A stretch of 64,000 bases of DNA from positions 1 through 64,000 of the IMG/VR virus record IMGVR_UViG_3300033463_000079, one strand, 5' to 3'. The notes below the pieces were generated by a model. The model was not told where the DNA came from. It saw only the letters and a list, made by a program, of their open reading frames with translations, and searched no databases. Shown here in pieces: positions 1 through 9,131 of the stretch. Each line of letters begins with the position of its first letter. Position 1 is the stretch's first letter. The DNA is from a virus (lineage: Duplodnaviria > Caudoviricetes). The translations under genes were made by a program, and so were the position numbers.

Positions 1-127
1 AAGGGATTGTGCCAATATGAAGTGCAGTATCAACAAGAAGAACATCAACAAACCGAAAGACCTTGAATGGATGCCAATATCATACTCTGACTTCAAGGAC
101 TGCGATAGGTACAAGGCAGAAAGGAGA
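1..127 (+). repeat. 127-bp exact direct repeat, copy 1
   Basis: aagggattgtgcc...gcagaaaggaga matches 48343-48469; first mismatch at 128 (a) versus 48470 (g). Confidence 0.95.
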
Positions 128-132
128 AAGCC

Positions 133-693
133 ATGACAAGGGAAGAAGCAATAGCATGGTTTAAGAATAGTCCATTTTATAACGAGAATCACGAGCCATA
201 TATTATGGCAATAGAAGCACTACAAGCCGATGCACCAAGTGACCAATACCTTAAAGGCTTTGAAGACGCAAAGAGAGCATACGATATTGAGTTGTACCGC
301 AGACCGCAAGAAGAATTATTAACCCACGAACAAGCATGGGCAGAGATTGGCAGACCGCATGGGGAGTGGCTATTAGACAAAGAGAAAGACGAAACACATT
401 GTTCTGTGTGCGGTGCGAATGCTTTATTGGTAGCCGTTGGTGTAGATGTTGGTCTTGAAGAATATTCTAACTTCTGCCCAAACTGCGGTGCAGACATGAG
501 AGGCGAGCAGACCAACATAATAAAAGACACGGCAGAAAGTGTTGAACGGCTCAAGGACATGGGAATACTTGAGGACAGAAAGTTCCCATTCCACGATGAA
601 ATCATGGAGAAGTTGGATAAGTTGACACTAAAAGACGGATTCGTTGCAGACGAATGGTACAGAAAGAATTTTAAGGAGAAATACAATGATTAA
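133..693 (+). CDS. phage protein with Zn-ribbon (CSVCG...NFCPNCGADM)
   Basis: aaggag RBS upstream; two CxxC pairs typical of small phage Zn-finger proteins. Confidence 0.75.
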   Translation: MTREEAIAWFKNSPFYNENHEPYIMAIEALQADAPSDQYLKGFEDAKRAYDIELYRRPQEELLTHEQAWAEIGRPHGEWLLDKEKDETHCSVCGANALLVAVGVDVGLEEYSNFCPNCGADMRGEQTNIIKDTAESVERLKDMGILEDRKFPFHDEIMEKLDKLTLKDGFVADEWYRKNFKEKYND

Positions 694-808
694 CTATGAC
701 GGAGAGCCTATTTGCCCAAGTGGAGATTGCGGTATCTGTGGCAGACTGGAAACTGGCGAGTGCCTTTGGCAAGAAAGTGAGGACGACGATGACATTGACA
801 ACACTTGA
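686..808 (+). CDS. small Cys-rich acidic protein (40 aa, MINYDGEPICPSGDCGICG...)
   Basis: RBS aaggag at 673-678, ATG 686, TGA 806-808; overlaps both neighbours; below the ORF-track cutoff. Confidence 0.55.
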   Translation: MINYDGEPICPSGDCGICGRLETGECLWQESEDDDDIDNT

Positions 809-1271
809 AAGTGTAAGGGGAGATGAATATTTTACCCTTGAAAAAGATGCGGAAACGATAGCACAACACATCATAAGACCAATGAAAGTATGGTTGCCGT
901 TTAATGATAGAGGCGGTGCTTTTGAAAAAGTGTTGCCTGCACATGGACATAAAGTGGTATGTACCGATACAGATTTTTTTACTACTAACCCACCAGACGA
1001 TACAGAGTGCGTTATTTCCAATCCACCATTCTCGCGGAAGAAGGAAGTGGTAAAAAGGCTTGATGAACTTGGATTAAAATATGCTTTAATCGTTCCGTTT
1101 CTCTGGCTAAACGACGGAATACCATTCGACCACGCAACGCAGTTGATGATGTTCCGCAAACGCATGCACTTTACTCTCACAATGGGGGGGGTGGAACTAA
1201 ACAGACCAAGACAAAATTGCGTTGTAATCAGCAACGGCATACTGACACACGATTTTATGGTTATTCATTAA
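789..1271 (+). CDS. N6-adenine DNA methyltransferase-like protein
   Basis: DEYFT motif near the N-terminus and ISNPPFS (NPPF catalytic motif IV). Start placed at ATG 789 after gagg rather than 696. Confidence 0.75.
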   Translation: MTLTTLESVRGDEYFTLEKDAETIAQHIIRPMKVWLPFNDRGGAFEKVLPAHGHKVVCTDTDFFTTNPPDDTECVISNPPFSRKKEVVKRLDELGLKYALIVPFLWLNDGIPFDHATQLMMFRKRMHFTLTMGGVELNRPRQNCVVISNGILTHDFMVIH

Positions 1272-1334
1272 AGGAGGCAGACGATGAAAACGATGTTTGA
1301 TGTTGGCGACAAGGCTTTAGTCCTTTAAGGGGGT

Positions 1335-1517
1335 GTGAGTTTGATTAAATGTGACACGGCTATGCGCCGTTCTAAAGAGAAGTGCTATATCCGAGAGGGA
1401 GTAAGGTGGTACTGCAACGGAGACTGCGAGAATTGTCATTGTGCATTACACAAAAACTCCAACGGAACTTGGGAACACAAACACGTTGGCAACCATCATG
1501 GTGGGAAAGGAGAATAG
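1335..1517 (+). CDS. small Cys-rich hypothetical protein
   Basis: aagggg RBS; CNGDCENCHC. Confidence 0.55.
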   Translation: MSLIKCDTAMRRSKEKCYIREGVRWYCNGDCENCHCALHKNSNGTWEHKHVGNHHGGKGE

Positions 1518-1518
1518 T

Positions 1519-1716
1519 ATGTATGAGTGTTTCCATTGTGGACATAAAAGTGTTATATGGGACGCAGACTTCACATTTGAAGACTACGGATTAGATGGAG
1601 AGGGACTAATACACCATTGTCATTGTGCAAACTGCGGCGCAGAAATAGAATACTATGTCCCTATAACCGAGGAAGATATAGACGAACTAAAAGAAAGGTT
1701 TGGAGAACATGACTAA
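1519..1716 (+). CDS. small Zn-ribbon protein (CFHCG...CANCG)
   Basis: aaggag RBS, ATG 1519, two CxxC motifs. Confidence 0.7.
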   Translation: MYECFHCGHKSVIWDADFTFEDYGLDGEGLIHHCHCANCGAEIEYYVPITEEDIDELKERFGEHD

Positions 1717-2038
1717 CAGTAGAGAAAAAGGAAAGAGATACGAGCGTTACATCGCGAGTCAATTCAAGGCAGAGGGATATGACGCTCGCAGAGGGCAACA
1801 ATACTGCGGTCTGCAAGGGGACGCTGATGTAGTTGGCGTTCCCTATATCCATGTAGAGTGCAAGCACCAAGAGCGCATGCAACTGTATGATTGGGTTGCC
1901 CAAGCCAAAAGAGACGCACGAGAGGGCGAACTCCCTGTCGTTATCCATAAGAAAAACCATTGTAATGATTTAGTAACGATGGAGTTCCGCGATTGGATAG
2001 AACTCTATCGGGAATGGGAGGCAGGGCATGAGGCTTGA
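1709..2038 (+). CDS. Holliday junction resolvase-like PD-(D/E)xK nuclease
   Basis: NSREKGKRYER...GDADV...HVECK motif pattern. Confidence 0.75.
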   Translation: MTNSREKGKRYERYIASQFKAEGYDARRGQQYCGLQGDADVVGVPYIHVECKHQERMQLYDWVAQAKRDAREGELPVVIHKKNHCNDLVTMEFRDWIELYREWEAGHEA

Positions 2039-2465
2039 ATCTTGCAACCACTTTGATACCGAAAGGTTCATTAAAAATCTAAAATTGTGGAAAAAAGAAA
2101 AAGAAAGGTTAAAAGAAGAGTTAGAGTCAATCCCAATTCTTCCGTCTGCGCGGAATGATAGCGGTGTCCATAGCACGGAAGTCTCCGAGCCGACCGCACG
2201 GATTGCTCTTAAAAGATTGGAAATAATAGAACAAATAGAAGATATAGAAAGGTGTGAAAGAACGTACGAAATTGCAAAGGGGTATTTAACCCCCGCAGAA
2301 CTTGAGATATTCACCATATTCTTCGAGCCGAAAGAGCCGATTTGGAAAGGGATAGATAGATATGCGCATGGGAACTATACTTGCAGAATGAATGTCTATC
2401 GCGAGAGACGCAGAATCCTTGAAAAGTTGGACAGGCTTATTGCAAACGACGAAGAACTATGGTAA
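2028..2465 (+). CDS. ArpU/RinA-like late transcriptional regulator
   Basis: Size, N-terminal coiled coil, C-terminal HTH-like segment, and position as last gene of the rightward early operon. Confidence 0.55.
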   Translation: MRLESCNHFDTERFIKNLKLWKKEKERLKEELESIPILPSARNDSGVHSTEVSEPTARIALKRLEIIEQIEDIERCERTYEIAKGYLTPAELEIFTIFFEPKEPIWKGIDRYAHGNYTCRMNVYRERRRILEKLDRLIANDEELW

Positions 2466-2509
2466 TATATATATGTCCTTTCATGGACGATGGTACTTAA
2501 TAGGACAAT

Positions 2510-2541
2510 AAAAAAAGAGCAGGGCGACCAACCCTGCTCTT
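2510..2541 (-). terminator. intrinsic terminator between convergent operons
   Basis: AAGAGCAGGG-cgaccaa-CCCTGCTCTT 10-bp stem; A-run at 2510-2516 gives a U-tail on the minus strand. Confidence 0.85.
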
Positions 2542-2544
2542 GTC

Positions 2545-2742
2545 CTACTTATTCGCGAGGTCATATAACTCTCGCAACCATTCACGCTTGTTGACTCCGT
2601 AATCTTTAGCCTCTTCAAGAGAGTCCAAGATGTCCTTGTCATCATCACGGCGAAGATAGAACATCACTTTTTTATAGGTCTTGCTAACGTATCTATTATT
2701 CGCCTCGTACTGCGCCTGCGTGAGACCTGTATACTTGCTCAT
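2545..2742 (-). CDS. small ribbon-helix-helix-like DNA-binding protein (65 aa)
   Basis: AQYEANNRY...KKVMFYLRRDDDKDILDSL...KREWLRELY pattern of small Firmicutes RHH-type regulators; has its own promoter. Confidence 0.55.
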   Translation of the reverse strand: MSKYTGLTQAQYEANNRYVSKTYKKVMFYLRRDDDKDILDSLEEAKDYGVNKREWLRELYDLANK

Positions 2743-2765
2743 TAAACCACCTGCCTTTCGTCACT

Positions 2766-2794
2766 ATTGTAGTATATAGGTCTTGGTATGTCAA
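2766..2794 (-). promoter_or_regulatory. sigma-A promoter TTGACA-17-TACAAT
   Basis: tgtcaa 2789-2794, attgta 2766-2771, 17-bp spacer. Confidence 0.8.
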
Positions 2795-3039
2795 CTTCTA
2801 ACTGATTCGTTGTCCTTGCCAAACATGACTTCACACAGTCTGTTTGCGTACATTTCTTCATCATCATCGTTATCCGCGTACGCAAACCTGCCGAGCAGAC
2901 CGACAATCTCGTCGGCTCTTTCTTCGCCACACTTATCAGTAAGCACCTGCCGAAGTCCCTTTGTGATGTTCACAAAGTCCTGCATGAGTTCAACACCGCT
3001 ACCTGCGATTACAACCTTATCGCCATCGCACTTAATCAT
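2791..3039 (-). CDS. hypothetical protein
   Basis: ORF track; overlap-coupled within the leftward operon. Confidence 0.7.
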   Translation of the reverse strand: MIKCDGDKVVIAGSGVELMQDFVNITKGLRQVLTDKCGEERADEIVGLLGRFAYADNDDDEEMYANRLCEVMFGKDNESVRS

Positions 3040-3430
3040 CTACATCACCCCCAATCTCCATAACAGGATATAAACTGACAGGACTGCCCTCAACAAATGG
3101 GTCGTGGCACATCATCATGTGTTCGCACATGCTCCACACAACTCTTTCGTCCTCTTCCGTGAGACTGGTCGTCTCTCCCTCTCCGTCGTGCGAGGCGAAG
3201 AACACATCGCCCTGTATAGTGTCAACTAACTCTCCCTTGTGGGAAATCAGCATGTTTAGCGGAAGACCAATCAACTTTCCCTCTTCGTTCAGCCACATGT
3301 CCACTCTGTCATTGATGGACAAACACTCAATGTACCCACCAACGAGTTCCTGCATGTCGGCAAGGGTAAGATTCTCTCGTTCTTCAATGCGAGGCGCATG
3401 CCCAACCTCTTTAATCATTATCCGCATCAA
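3032..3430 (-). CDS. DUF3846-like protein
   Basis: LADMQELVGGYIE...MWLNEEGKLIGLPLN motif. Confidence 0.7.
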   Translation of the reverse strand: MMRIMIKEVGHAPRIEERENLTLADMQELVGGYIECLSINDRVDMWLNEEGKLIGLPLNMLISHKGELVDTIQGDVFFASHDGEGETTSLTEEDERVVWSMCEHMMMCHDPFVEGSPVSLYPVMEIGGDVDD

Positions 3431-3629
3431 TATCCACCCCCTTAATAAGCGTGTCTCTGCTATTGCGGAACTCTATCCGCACAATCTTTACGTCTTTCTC
3501 GTAGTGAGACAGACAGTAATCAATATCGTCCTGCGTGAACGTGTCCGTGTTCATCACGTTCCGCTTTGTGCCGTCTGCGTAAATGACGTACACCCAATTA
3601 CTTGGCAAATCAAAATAACCCATAATCAA
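3411..3629 (-). CDS. hypothetical protein
   Basis: ORF track, aggagg RBS, operon coupling. Confidence 0.65.
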   Translation of the reverse strand: MIMGYFDLPSNWVYVIYADGTKRNVMNTDTFTQDDIDYCLSHYEKDVKIVRIEFRNSRDTLIKGVDIDADND

Positions 3630-3874
3630 TCCTCCTTTACATATACGTTTCTGTCATCGTCTACACCAAGTTTTCTATTAAGAGCATGTTCCGCAAAAGC
3701 GACCATGTTCATAAACACAATCTTCGTGTCATAGACACCAAATCCTGCAGATTCAAATGCGTCTATCATACTTAACTGTGTTGTTAGGTAATCACACACC
3801 CTTGTTTCAATAAGCATGCGCTCGTCCGCCATCGCTCTCTCCGCGATGTCCCATTCATGTCCTACATACATCAT
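3626..3874 (-). CDS. hypothetical protein
   Basis: ORF track, RBS, coupling. Confidence 0.65.
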   Translation of the reverse strand: MMYVGHEWDIAERAMADERMLIETRVCDYLTTQLSMIDAFESAGFGVYDTKIVFMNMVAFAEHALNRKLGVDDDRNVYVKED

Positions 3875-4080
3875 TACACTTCCTCCATTTCCATATAAGG
3901 ATATTTCTCCTGCAACATCGCCATGATTTCATGGTAGGTTGCGAAGTAATCGTCCTCGTCCAAGTAACCATAACTAAACATAAACTCTTCCATATTCAGC
4001 GTCATAAAGTCATGCATCTTGTTCATGTCATCTGCAAAACTCCAACCTGCAATATCTCTCATGCTTACACCTCCTCCCAA
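3874..4080 (-). CDS. acidic hypothetical protein (start probably 4062)
   Basis: ORF track; ggaggt RBS before ATG 4062. Confidence 0.6.
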   Translation of the reverse strand: MGGGVSMRDIAGWSFADDMNKMHDFMTLNMEEFMFSYGYLDEDDYFATYHEIMAMLQEKYPYMEMEEV

Positions 4081-4283
4081 TTACATGGTAAGTACATACT
4101 CGCAGGAATGTCGCCAACGTATCTCGCCTTTACGAAATGATGTTCGTCGGGAGTAAACCCCTCGTATATATCATTAACACGCAAATCTTCCGACACCTGC
4201 TCTGCCTCAAACTTTGAGTCGCAGATTGCTCTAATTTCATCGTCTTCATCTAAAACCAACCACTTTGTCATCATATCAATCAC
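4065..4283 (-). CDS. hypothetical protein
   Basis: ORF track, aaggag RBS. Confidence 0.65.
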   Translation of the reverse strand: MIDMMTKWLVLDEDDEIRAICDSKFEAEQVSEDLRVNDIYEGFTPDEHHFVKARYVGDIPASMYLPCNWEEV

Positions 4284-4534
4284 TCCTTTACAGTTTCATA
4301 AATCTTTGTTCCCATGAGTTTCAGCACCCACTCTAATGCGCTAACATAACCCTCGTCATAATACTGTTCCTCAAGAGGCAAATCCCAACCATTGTCTTCA
4401 TATTCCTCATGTTCTTCATATATCTGCGTCCTGTTTTCTCTAATTTTCAGTTCTAATTCTTTCATTGTCATATTCATCACTCCTTTATAATTTCGTGGCA
4501 GGGGAGGGAAAACTATTAAAAAACTCCCCTGCAC
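4280..4534 (-). CDS. acidic hypothetical protein (true start near 4479)
   Basis: ORF track; aaggag RBS before MNMTMKELE. Confidence 0.6.
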   Translation of the reverse strand: MQGSFLIVFPPLPRNYKGVMNMTMKELELKIRENRTQIYEEHEEYEDNGWDLPLEEQYYDEGYVSALEWVLKLMGTKIYETVKE

Positions 4535-4613
4535 ACGCTGTCAGTCACCTGTAAAATAAAACATCAATATTGTTGCAATAACTATTGTTAAAAACTGTCC
4601 AAGTAAACCCATG

Positions 4614-4823
4614 TCAATCAACCTCTTCCATCAATATCACAACTCCTGCTCGCACTCCCCACTTTTTAGGACGCGTAATGAAATCGGCAAATAGCATAGC
4701 CTCATGCCATTCAGTCAGCGTGTCAGCGTCTCTGTATTCCTGCACATAATTGTGCTTTTCCTGCAAGTACCAACGTATGTCCTCTTCCAAGATGGAGAGG
4801 GTATTCACTTTAACGTATTTCAT
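4614..4823 (-). CDS. hypothetical protein
   Basis: ORF track, gaggt RBS. Confidence 0.65.
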   Translation of the reverse strand: MKYVKVNTLSILEEDIRWYLQEKHNYVQEYRDADTLTEWHEAMLFADFITRPKKWGVRAGVVILMEEVD

Positions 4824-4825
4824 AT

Positions 4826-5317
4826 TTACACCTCAATTCCGTACATTTCAGCAAAGGTTTCAACTAATCCTGCGCACCGCTCAATGCAGTCGCGCAGTCT
4901 GTTCATTTCATCGTCTGTCAGTTCGTAAAACTCTTCTCTGTCATAGATTTCTTCTGCCCAAGAGGTCATATCTCTATGCAGGTCGTGCATACACTCCTCA
5001 AACTGTCTTCTGTCGTAGTTACCAAGAACTCCCCAAAACTCTACAGTCTTGAACAAGTATCTTTCGTATGGAAGTCTACGTTCTTTCGCATAATCCTTTG
5101 GGACGTATGTGATATGCTCAACACCATCGTATTTGTCATAATCGGTTATGACACATGTGTCAATAAACCGACGCACATACTGCGGAATGTCGTTTTCCCC
5201 ATAAACCGCGCAGTCAAAACCGAGAGGATTCTCTTTTGAGCGTTCTCCATAAGCAACAACCTTAAAGGCTTTTCCGTTGTCAGCCTCTACGCATACATGT
5301 CTAATGTTCTTTAACAT
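4826..5317 (-). CDS. hypothetical protein
   Basis: ORF track, aggggg RBS. Confidence 0.7.
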   Translation of the reverse strand: MLKNIRHVCVEADNGKAFKVVAYGERSKENPLGFDCAVYGENDIPQYVRRFIDTCVITDYDKYDGVEHITYVPKDYAKERRLPYERYLFKTVEFWGVLGNYDRRQFEECMHDLHRDMTSWAEEIYDREEFYELTDDEMNRLRDCIERCAGLVETFAEMYGIEV

Positions 5318-5331
5318 ATATCATTCCCCCT

Positions 5332-5688
5332 TTACCAAGCATAGATATAAAACGGCTTTTCATTGTGATAATCAATGAATATCTTGCGCATTAAGCCGAG
5401 GTCTCCAAGACACTCAAGTATAAGTCTGCGCTTTTCGCCAATTTCGTCACTAACAAGTGTTCCGCTACCCCATGAGAACTTATGGTTGCCATCGTATACT
5501 ATCGTAATCGTATCGCTTTCGTCTTTTGCCACGCGAATCATTTTCTCGTCTCCGCTAAAGCAACCGAGGCGGAACAAGTCCATGTCGTGCCCGTCCTCAA
5601 TTTCAAGGATTACGCAATGCTCGTTGTTTTCCTTTATTGTTACCATGTCTTTTAGTTTAATCATGTTATCAACTCCTTTATAAAACAA
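5332..5688 (-). CDS. hypothetical protein (start probably 5664)
   Basis: ORF track; aaggag RBS before MIKLKD. Confidence 0.65.
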   Translation of the reverse strand: MFYKGVDNMIKLKDMVTIKENNEHCVILEIEDGHDMDLFRLGCFSGDEKMIRVAKDESDTITIVYDGNHKFSWGSGTLVSDEIGEKRRLILECLGDLGLMRKIFIDYHNEKPFYIYAW

Positions 5689-5890
5689 TTTCCAATACGT
5701 TATCGTCTCGCATTGTTACCCTGCAAAAGATTCTATCGTCCAATGTTTTGGATAATTCATTCTTATATCCACGCTCAATAGGTAGCAGGGCAACTGCACC
5801 TGCGATAGAAACCTCAACCATAACGTCATCATCAATTCTGTCAAGCATTTCCCTTACTGTTGTCTCTCCACATACAAAGTTTGTATTCAT
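5678..5890 (-). CDS. hypothetical protein
   Basis: ORF track; aaaggag RBS just downstream of a promoter. Confidence 0.7.
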   Translation of the reverse strand: MNTNFVCGETTVREMLDRIDDDVMVEVSIAGAVALLPIERGYKNELSKTLDDRIFCRVTMRDDNVLEIVL

Positions 5891-5907
5891 ATCTGTTCTC
5901 CTTTCTT

Positions 5908-5936
5908 ATTATACTATAGTAGTATAGATTTGTCAA
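5908..5936 (-). promoter_or_regulatory. consensus sigma-A promoter TTGACA-17-TATAAT with TACTATAGTA palindrome
   Basis: tgtcaa 5931-5936, attata 5908-5913. Confidence 0.9.
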
Positions 5937-6014
5937 GTAACTATTTTCCTAAACCTGCCCAAATTACAACCATTAGGAAGAGGGCAGGGACTAACCAACC
6001 CATACTCATAACTA

Positions 6015-6275
6015 TCACCACTCAATCGTGAAGTTAATGGTAGGGCGACGTTCAACCCAAAAGTCCCATATACCATCAACGTACTGATAATTCTCATACA
6101 GATATTCTTCCATAGAGGAATCAACCTCTGCGTTATATCCATTTGCGAGTTCTCGCAGACCGCCATTGATTACTGCGTACTCGTCATAGCCGTCGCCAAC
6201 TTCAACGATTCCAATGAAACTTTCATCTTCGCACATGTCTTCAAACATTACTCTGTATCTTCTCATGTTCATCAC
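6015..6275 (-). CDS. acidic hypothetical protein
   Basis: ORF track, gaggag RBS. Confidence 0.65.
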   Translation of the reverse strand: MMNMRRYRVMFEDMCEDESFIGIVEVGDGYDEYAVINGGLRELANGYNAEVDSSMEEYLYENYQYVDGIWDFWVERRPTINFTIEW

Positions 6276-6457
6276 TCCTCTCTAATTGCATACTCGCACA
6301 TATATGAGTCAGTACCCATCTGCACCGCAAAGTCAATATCATCGGCTACTAATTTATCTATATGCTTTTGAGCCTCTTCGCGAGTAGGGTATGAGCCAAG
6401 GTCAACCCATTTTGTGCAACCATAAAACTTCGGTCTTGTCATTATTACATACTTCAT
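6272..6457 (-). CDS. hypothetical protein
   Basis: ORF track, gaggc RBS downstream of a promoter. Confidence 0.65.
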   Translation of the reverse strand: MKYVIMTRPKFYGCTKWVDLGSYPTREEAQKHIDKLVADDIDFAVQMGTDSYMCEYAIREE

Positions 6458-6481
6458 ATTTACGCCTCGCTTTCTGTCTCT

Positions 6482-6510
6482 ATTATACTACAGTAGTATA
6501 GATTTGTCAA
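6482..6510 (-). promoter_or_regulatory. consensus sigma-A promoter TTGACA-17-TATAAT
   Basis: tgtcaa 6505-6510, attata 6482-6487; spacer nearly identical to that of 5908-5936. Confidence 0.9.
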
Positions 6511-6519
6511 GTAACTTTT

Positions 6520-7359
6520 TTATACAACTGCACCAATTACATATAACTGGTCTTCACTCCAACACCATGTGTTGTGCTTACATTCTATACATTCAAGCAC
6601 AGGCTCGTCATAATCCCAATGTTTGCACTCTGTAGGACGCTTGTTCTCCTTGCACTCATTATACCATTCGTCATACGATGTCCAATAATCGTCATCGTCC
6701 CATGCAGTAGGTGAACCATAGCACTTATAGGTGTAGGTGTCCTTTTTAGGTGTGTACTTCACATATCCAAGATACTTTGAAGTCCACGGCATATACGTTG
6801 TGTTAGAGTACCATACTCCGTCTTCATGTGACCAACCACTTCCAACGATTTCCCCATGTCCATCATTGGATAACACGAGCATTTTACTCTTGATAATCTC
6901 TCCCAATAACTTCCCTGCATTTGCGTTATAGTACCATGTAGGACTTGTGATAATGCAGTCTGCGTACTTGCGGATAAACTCCATTGTATCGCTTATTTTC
7001 GTCGCGTATGAAGTCAATGAGATTATCCCATTATGCGCAATTCCCACATTACAGTCAAAGTCCAACTCCTTTAACTCTCCCACATTCTCACTCAATGGGA
7101 ATGGGTGACAGTTCTGCGGACTTGTCGCGCCATTTGTCGTGATTCTAAAGTGCATGACAATAGGCAAGTCCGTCCTATTCTTGTACGGCTTGAACGCGGT
7201 CTTGAATTTTCTCCAAGACATGAACCCCTTGTGAATATGTACTGCATTGTTTTCTGCATACATGAACCCACAACCATCGGGGTTATTCTCAAAACAAGTT
7301 TTAAGTGTTTTCCATGATGGGTTACACTCTCCCATAGGTTTATATACGATAATGCACAT
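6520..7359 (-). CDS. class II (Ntn) glutamine amidotransferase
   Basis: N-terminal nucleophile MC-, HFRITTNG, NCHPF, IAHNGII, SDT motifs. Confidence 0.9.
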   Translation of the reverse strand: MCIIVYKPMGECNPSWKTLKTCFENNPDGCGFMYAENNAVHIHKGFMSWRKFKTAFKPYKNRTDLPIVMHFRITTNGATSPQNCHPFPLSENVGELKELDFDCNVGIAHNGIISLTSYATKISDTMEFIRKYADCIITSPTWYYNANAGKLLGEIIKSKMLVLSNDGHGEIVGSGWSHEDGVWYSNTTYMPWTSKYLGYVKYTPKKDTYTYKCYGSPTAWDDDDYWTSYDEWYNECKENKRPTECKHWDYDEPVLECIECKHNTWCWSEDQLYVIGAVV

Positions 7360-7373
7360 TCTATCAACCTCCT

Positions 7374-8711
7374 TTACATATATCCAAGAGCAACGCGTGT
7401 CTGTACGTCAGCATTGCACAGTACAGTCAGCATTGTATTGTAGTCCATGCGTGAGCAACCACGCGCGGTCAACTGTTCATTCATTTTGTCCATCAATGAC
7501 ATCATCATGTCGCGGTAGTCTTCTGTAGTAACGACTTTAGGCTCTTCCCAAATCACTCCGCGCGATTCCATGTACTGCTTTAATGAATCGTCAGCGTCAG
7601 CGAACCATACATAGAAATTGTTAGCGTCTTCCATGTCAATGGTCTTGCACTTGTCCACTAACATCTTGATAATCTTTACCCATGCGATAAAGTTATCATA
7701 GTTGACAGTTCCTGCACCAAGTCTAAACTCTACAGTCGCACTATTCCCACAGTTTATTGCTACTCCGTGGTCGTTGTCGTAGTATTCAACATACCGCTTT
7801 GCGTGGTCTATTGTGTCTGTTTTTGTGTTGCCTTTTCTAATCGGTCTTGCCCATCTTGTTGCGTAGTCTGTCCGTCTTGACAGTTTTTTCAGCATTTCAT
7901 ACGAATATCCCTCTGTGTGCAACATGACTATTTTCGCGATGTTTTCATTCTGTTCTTCTTCTGTTTCGCCAAACGCAGTCCGTGATACATGAATATGCAG
8001 TCCCGCGTCTTCATCTTCATCGCGGAAATTGTCCGCGGCATAGTCAAAGGCGCGCTTGATTTCTCCACTTTCTATGATTGCCTCATATGAATGAGGCATG
8101 AAAATGCACTCAACGTCAACAGTACAGTCATCTTCATACACCGCGCGGTCTCCGAGTATGTTATACAGTTTTTCCGCGTGATATTCCGCGTCATGTCCGC
8201 ATAACTCCCACTCAACACCCATATACCAAGTTGGAGACGGCTTGATTCCTGCCTTTTCCATCGCGGACTTGAAGAACTTTAACATCTGTCCCTTGTGGTA
8301 GTGGTATGGCTTGATGATACACGCACTTGCGCACCTGTCGCACATGTCACGGTCAAAATCAAATTCATCTGTATGCACATATTCGTCGCAGTTGTAGCAA
8401 TACGCATAGTAGTCATACAGACAGTCGGGACATACACCGCCATCGCGCGTGTTCTCCGTCTTGCTATTTGGGACAAGATTTCCGCAACATGCGCACTCCG
8501 TGTAGTCATACGCGCAGTCATCGCAAATCCATCTGCCGTCATACGTGTACTGCATGTCAACGTGATACGGGTAATACTCTCCGCAATCGTCGCACTCGCG
8601 GTAGTCTGTTGAACAGTCCGCGCACACATAGTTACCATACGCGTCAACAATAAACGCGTCTGACTCCGTGTTGATAACACAACCGCAGTCGTTGCAAATT
8701 GCCTTTGACAT
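7374..8711 (-). CDS. amidoligase (COOH-NH2 ligase type 2) with N-terminal Zn-ribbon repeats
   Basis: MGVEWE, EDDCTV, GLHIHVS and TVEFR motifs; eight CxxC in the N-terminal ~150 aa; aaaggag RBS before ATG 8711. Confidence 0.85.
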   Translation of the reverse strand: MSKAICNDCGCVINTESDAFIVDAYGNYVCADCSTDYRECDDCGEYYPYHVDMQYTYDGRWICDDCAYDYTECACCGNLVPNSKTENTRDGGVCPDCLYDYYAYCYNCDEYVHTDEFDFDRDMCDRCASACIIKPYHYHKGQMLKFFKSAMEKAGIKPSPTWYMGVEWELCGHDAEYHAEKLYNILGDRAVYEDDCTVDVECIFMPHSYEAIIESGEIKRAFDYAADNFRDEDEDAGLHIHVSRTAFGETEEEQNENIAKIVMLHTEGYSYEMLKKLSRRTDYATRWARPIRKGNTKTDTIDHAKRYVEYYDNDHGVAINCGNSATVEFRLGAGTVNYDNFIAWVKIIKMLVDKCKTIDMEDANNFYVWFADADDSLKQYMESRGVIWEEPKVVTTEDYRDMMMSLMDKMNEQLTARGCSRMDYNTMLTVLCNADVQTRVALGYM

Positions 8712-8794
8712 AGTTTTTTCTCCTTTCATGTCAACGTGATACTTAATAGGGGACTCGCGGAATTGCACCACGACCATGCTAATATCCCCACGAT

Positions 8795-8812
8795 ATTATA
8801 CTATAGTAGTAT
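8795..8812 (-). promoter_or_regulatory. TATAAT plus conserved TACTATAGTAGTAT motif, without a good -35
   Basis: attatactatagtagtat identical to the core at 5908 and 9103. Confidence 0.6.
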
Positions 8813-9102
8813 GTTAGCATTTAATCACACTCGCGAGCCAGTTATCCTACAAATACCCAAGATTTACTGATACGTGGCACTCCGTCTCACACGCTCGCAT
8901 ACTCCTACGGGACAGGTGTATGGTCTCCGCGTGATAATATCACACTCGCGTTGCTTTATTCACTACTGCTTTCGGTTTTCTACTCGTACACACGCGCCTT
9001 GCGAGCGGTTCGTGCAGTCCGTGTTGCCTACTTGCTGATGTCACAATTTACCTTTTCGATATTGTACCGCCTTTCGTTTACCTTGCTTTATCTTACGTCT
9101 AC

Positions 9103-9131
9103 ATTATACTATAGTAGTATATGTTTGTCAA
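9103..9131 (-). promoter_or_regulatory. consensus sigma-A promoter TTGACA-17-TATAAT
   Basis: tgtcaa 9126-9131, attata 9103-9108, same spacer motif. Confidence 0.9.

Noticed and set aside
1-127. Terminal repeat as a biological direct terminal repeat or att site
   Set aside because: It falls mid-gene in the early region, far from terS, has no integrase nearby, and its length matches an assembler k-mer.
696-788. N-terminal extension of the methyltransferase as given in the ORF track
   Set aside because: The region is better explained by the 40-aa ORF 686-808 with its own RBS; the MTase start at 789 has an RBS.
4498-4600. GCAGGGGAG/CTCCCCTGC hairpin and AT-rich palindromes as a terminator plus promoter
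   Set aside because: No U-tail on either strand and no convincing -35/-10 pair; probably regulatory but not assignable.
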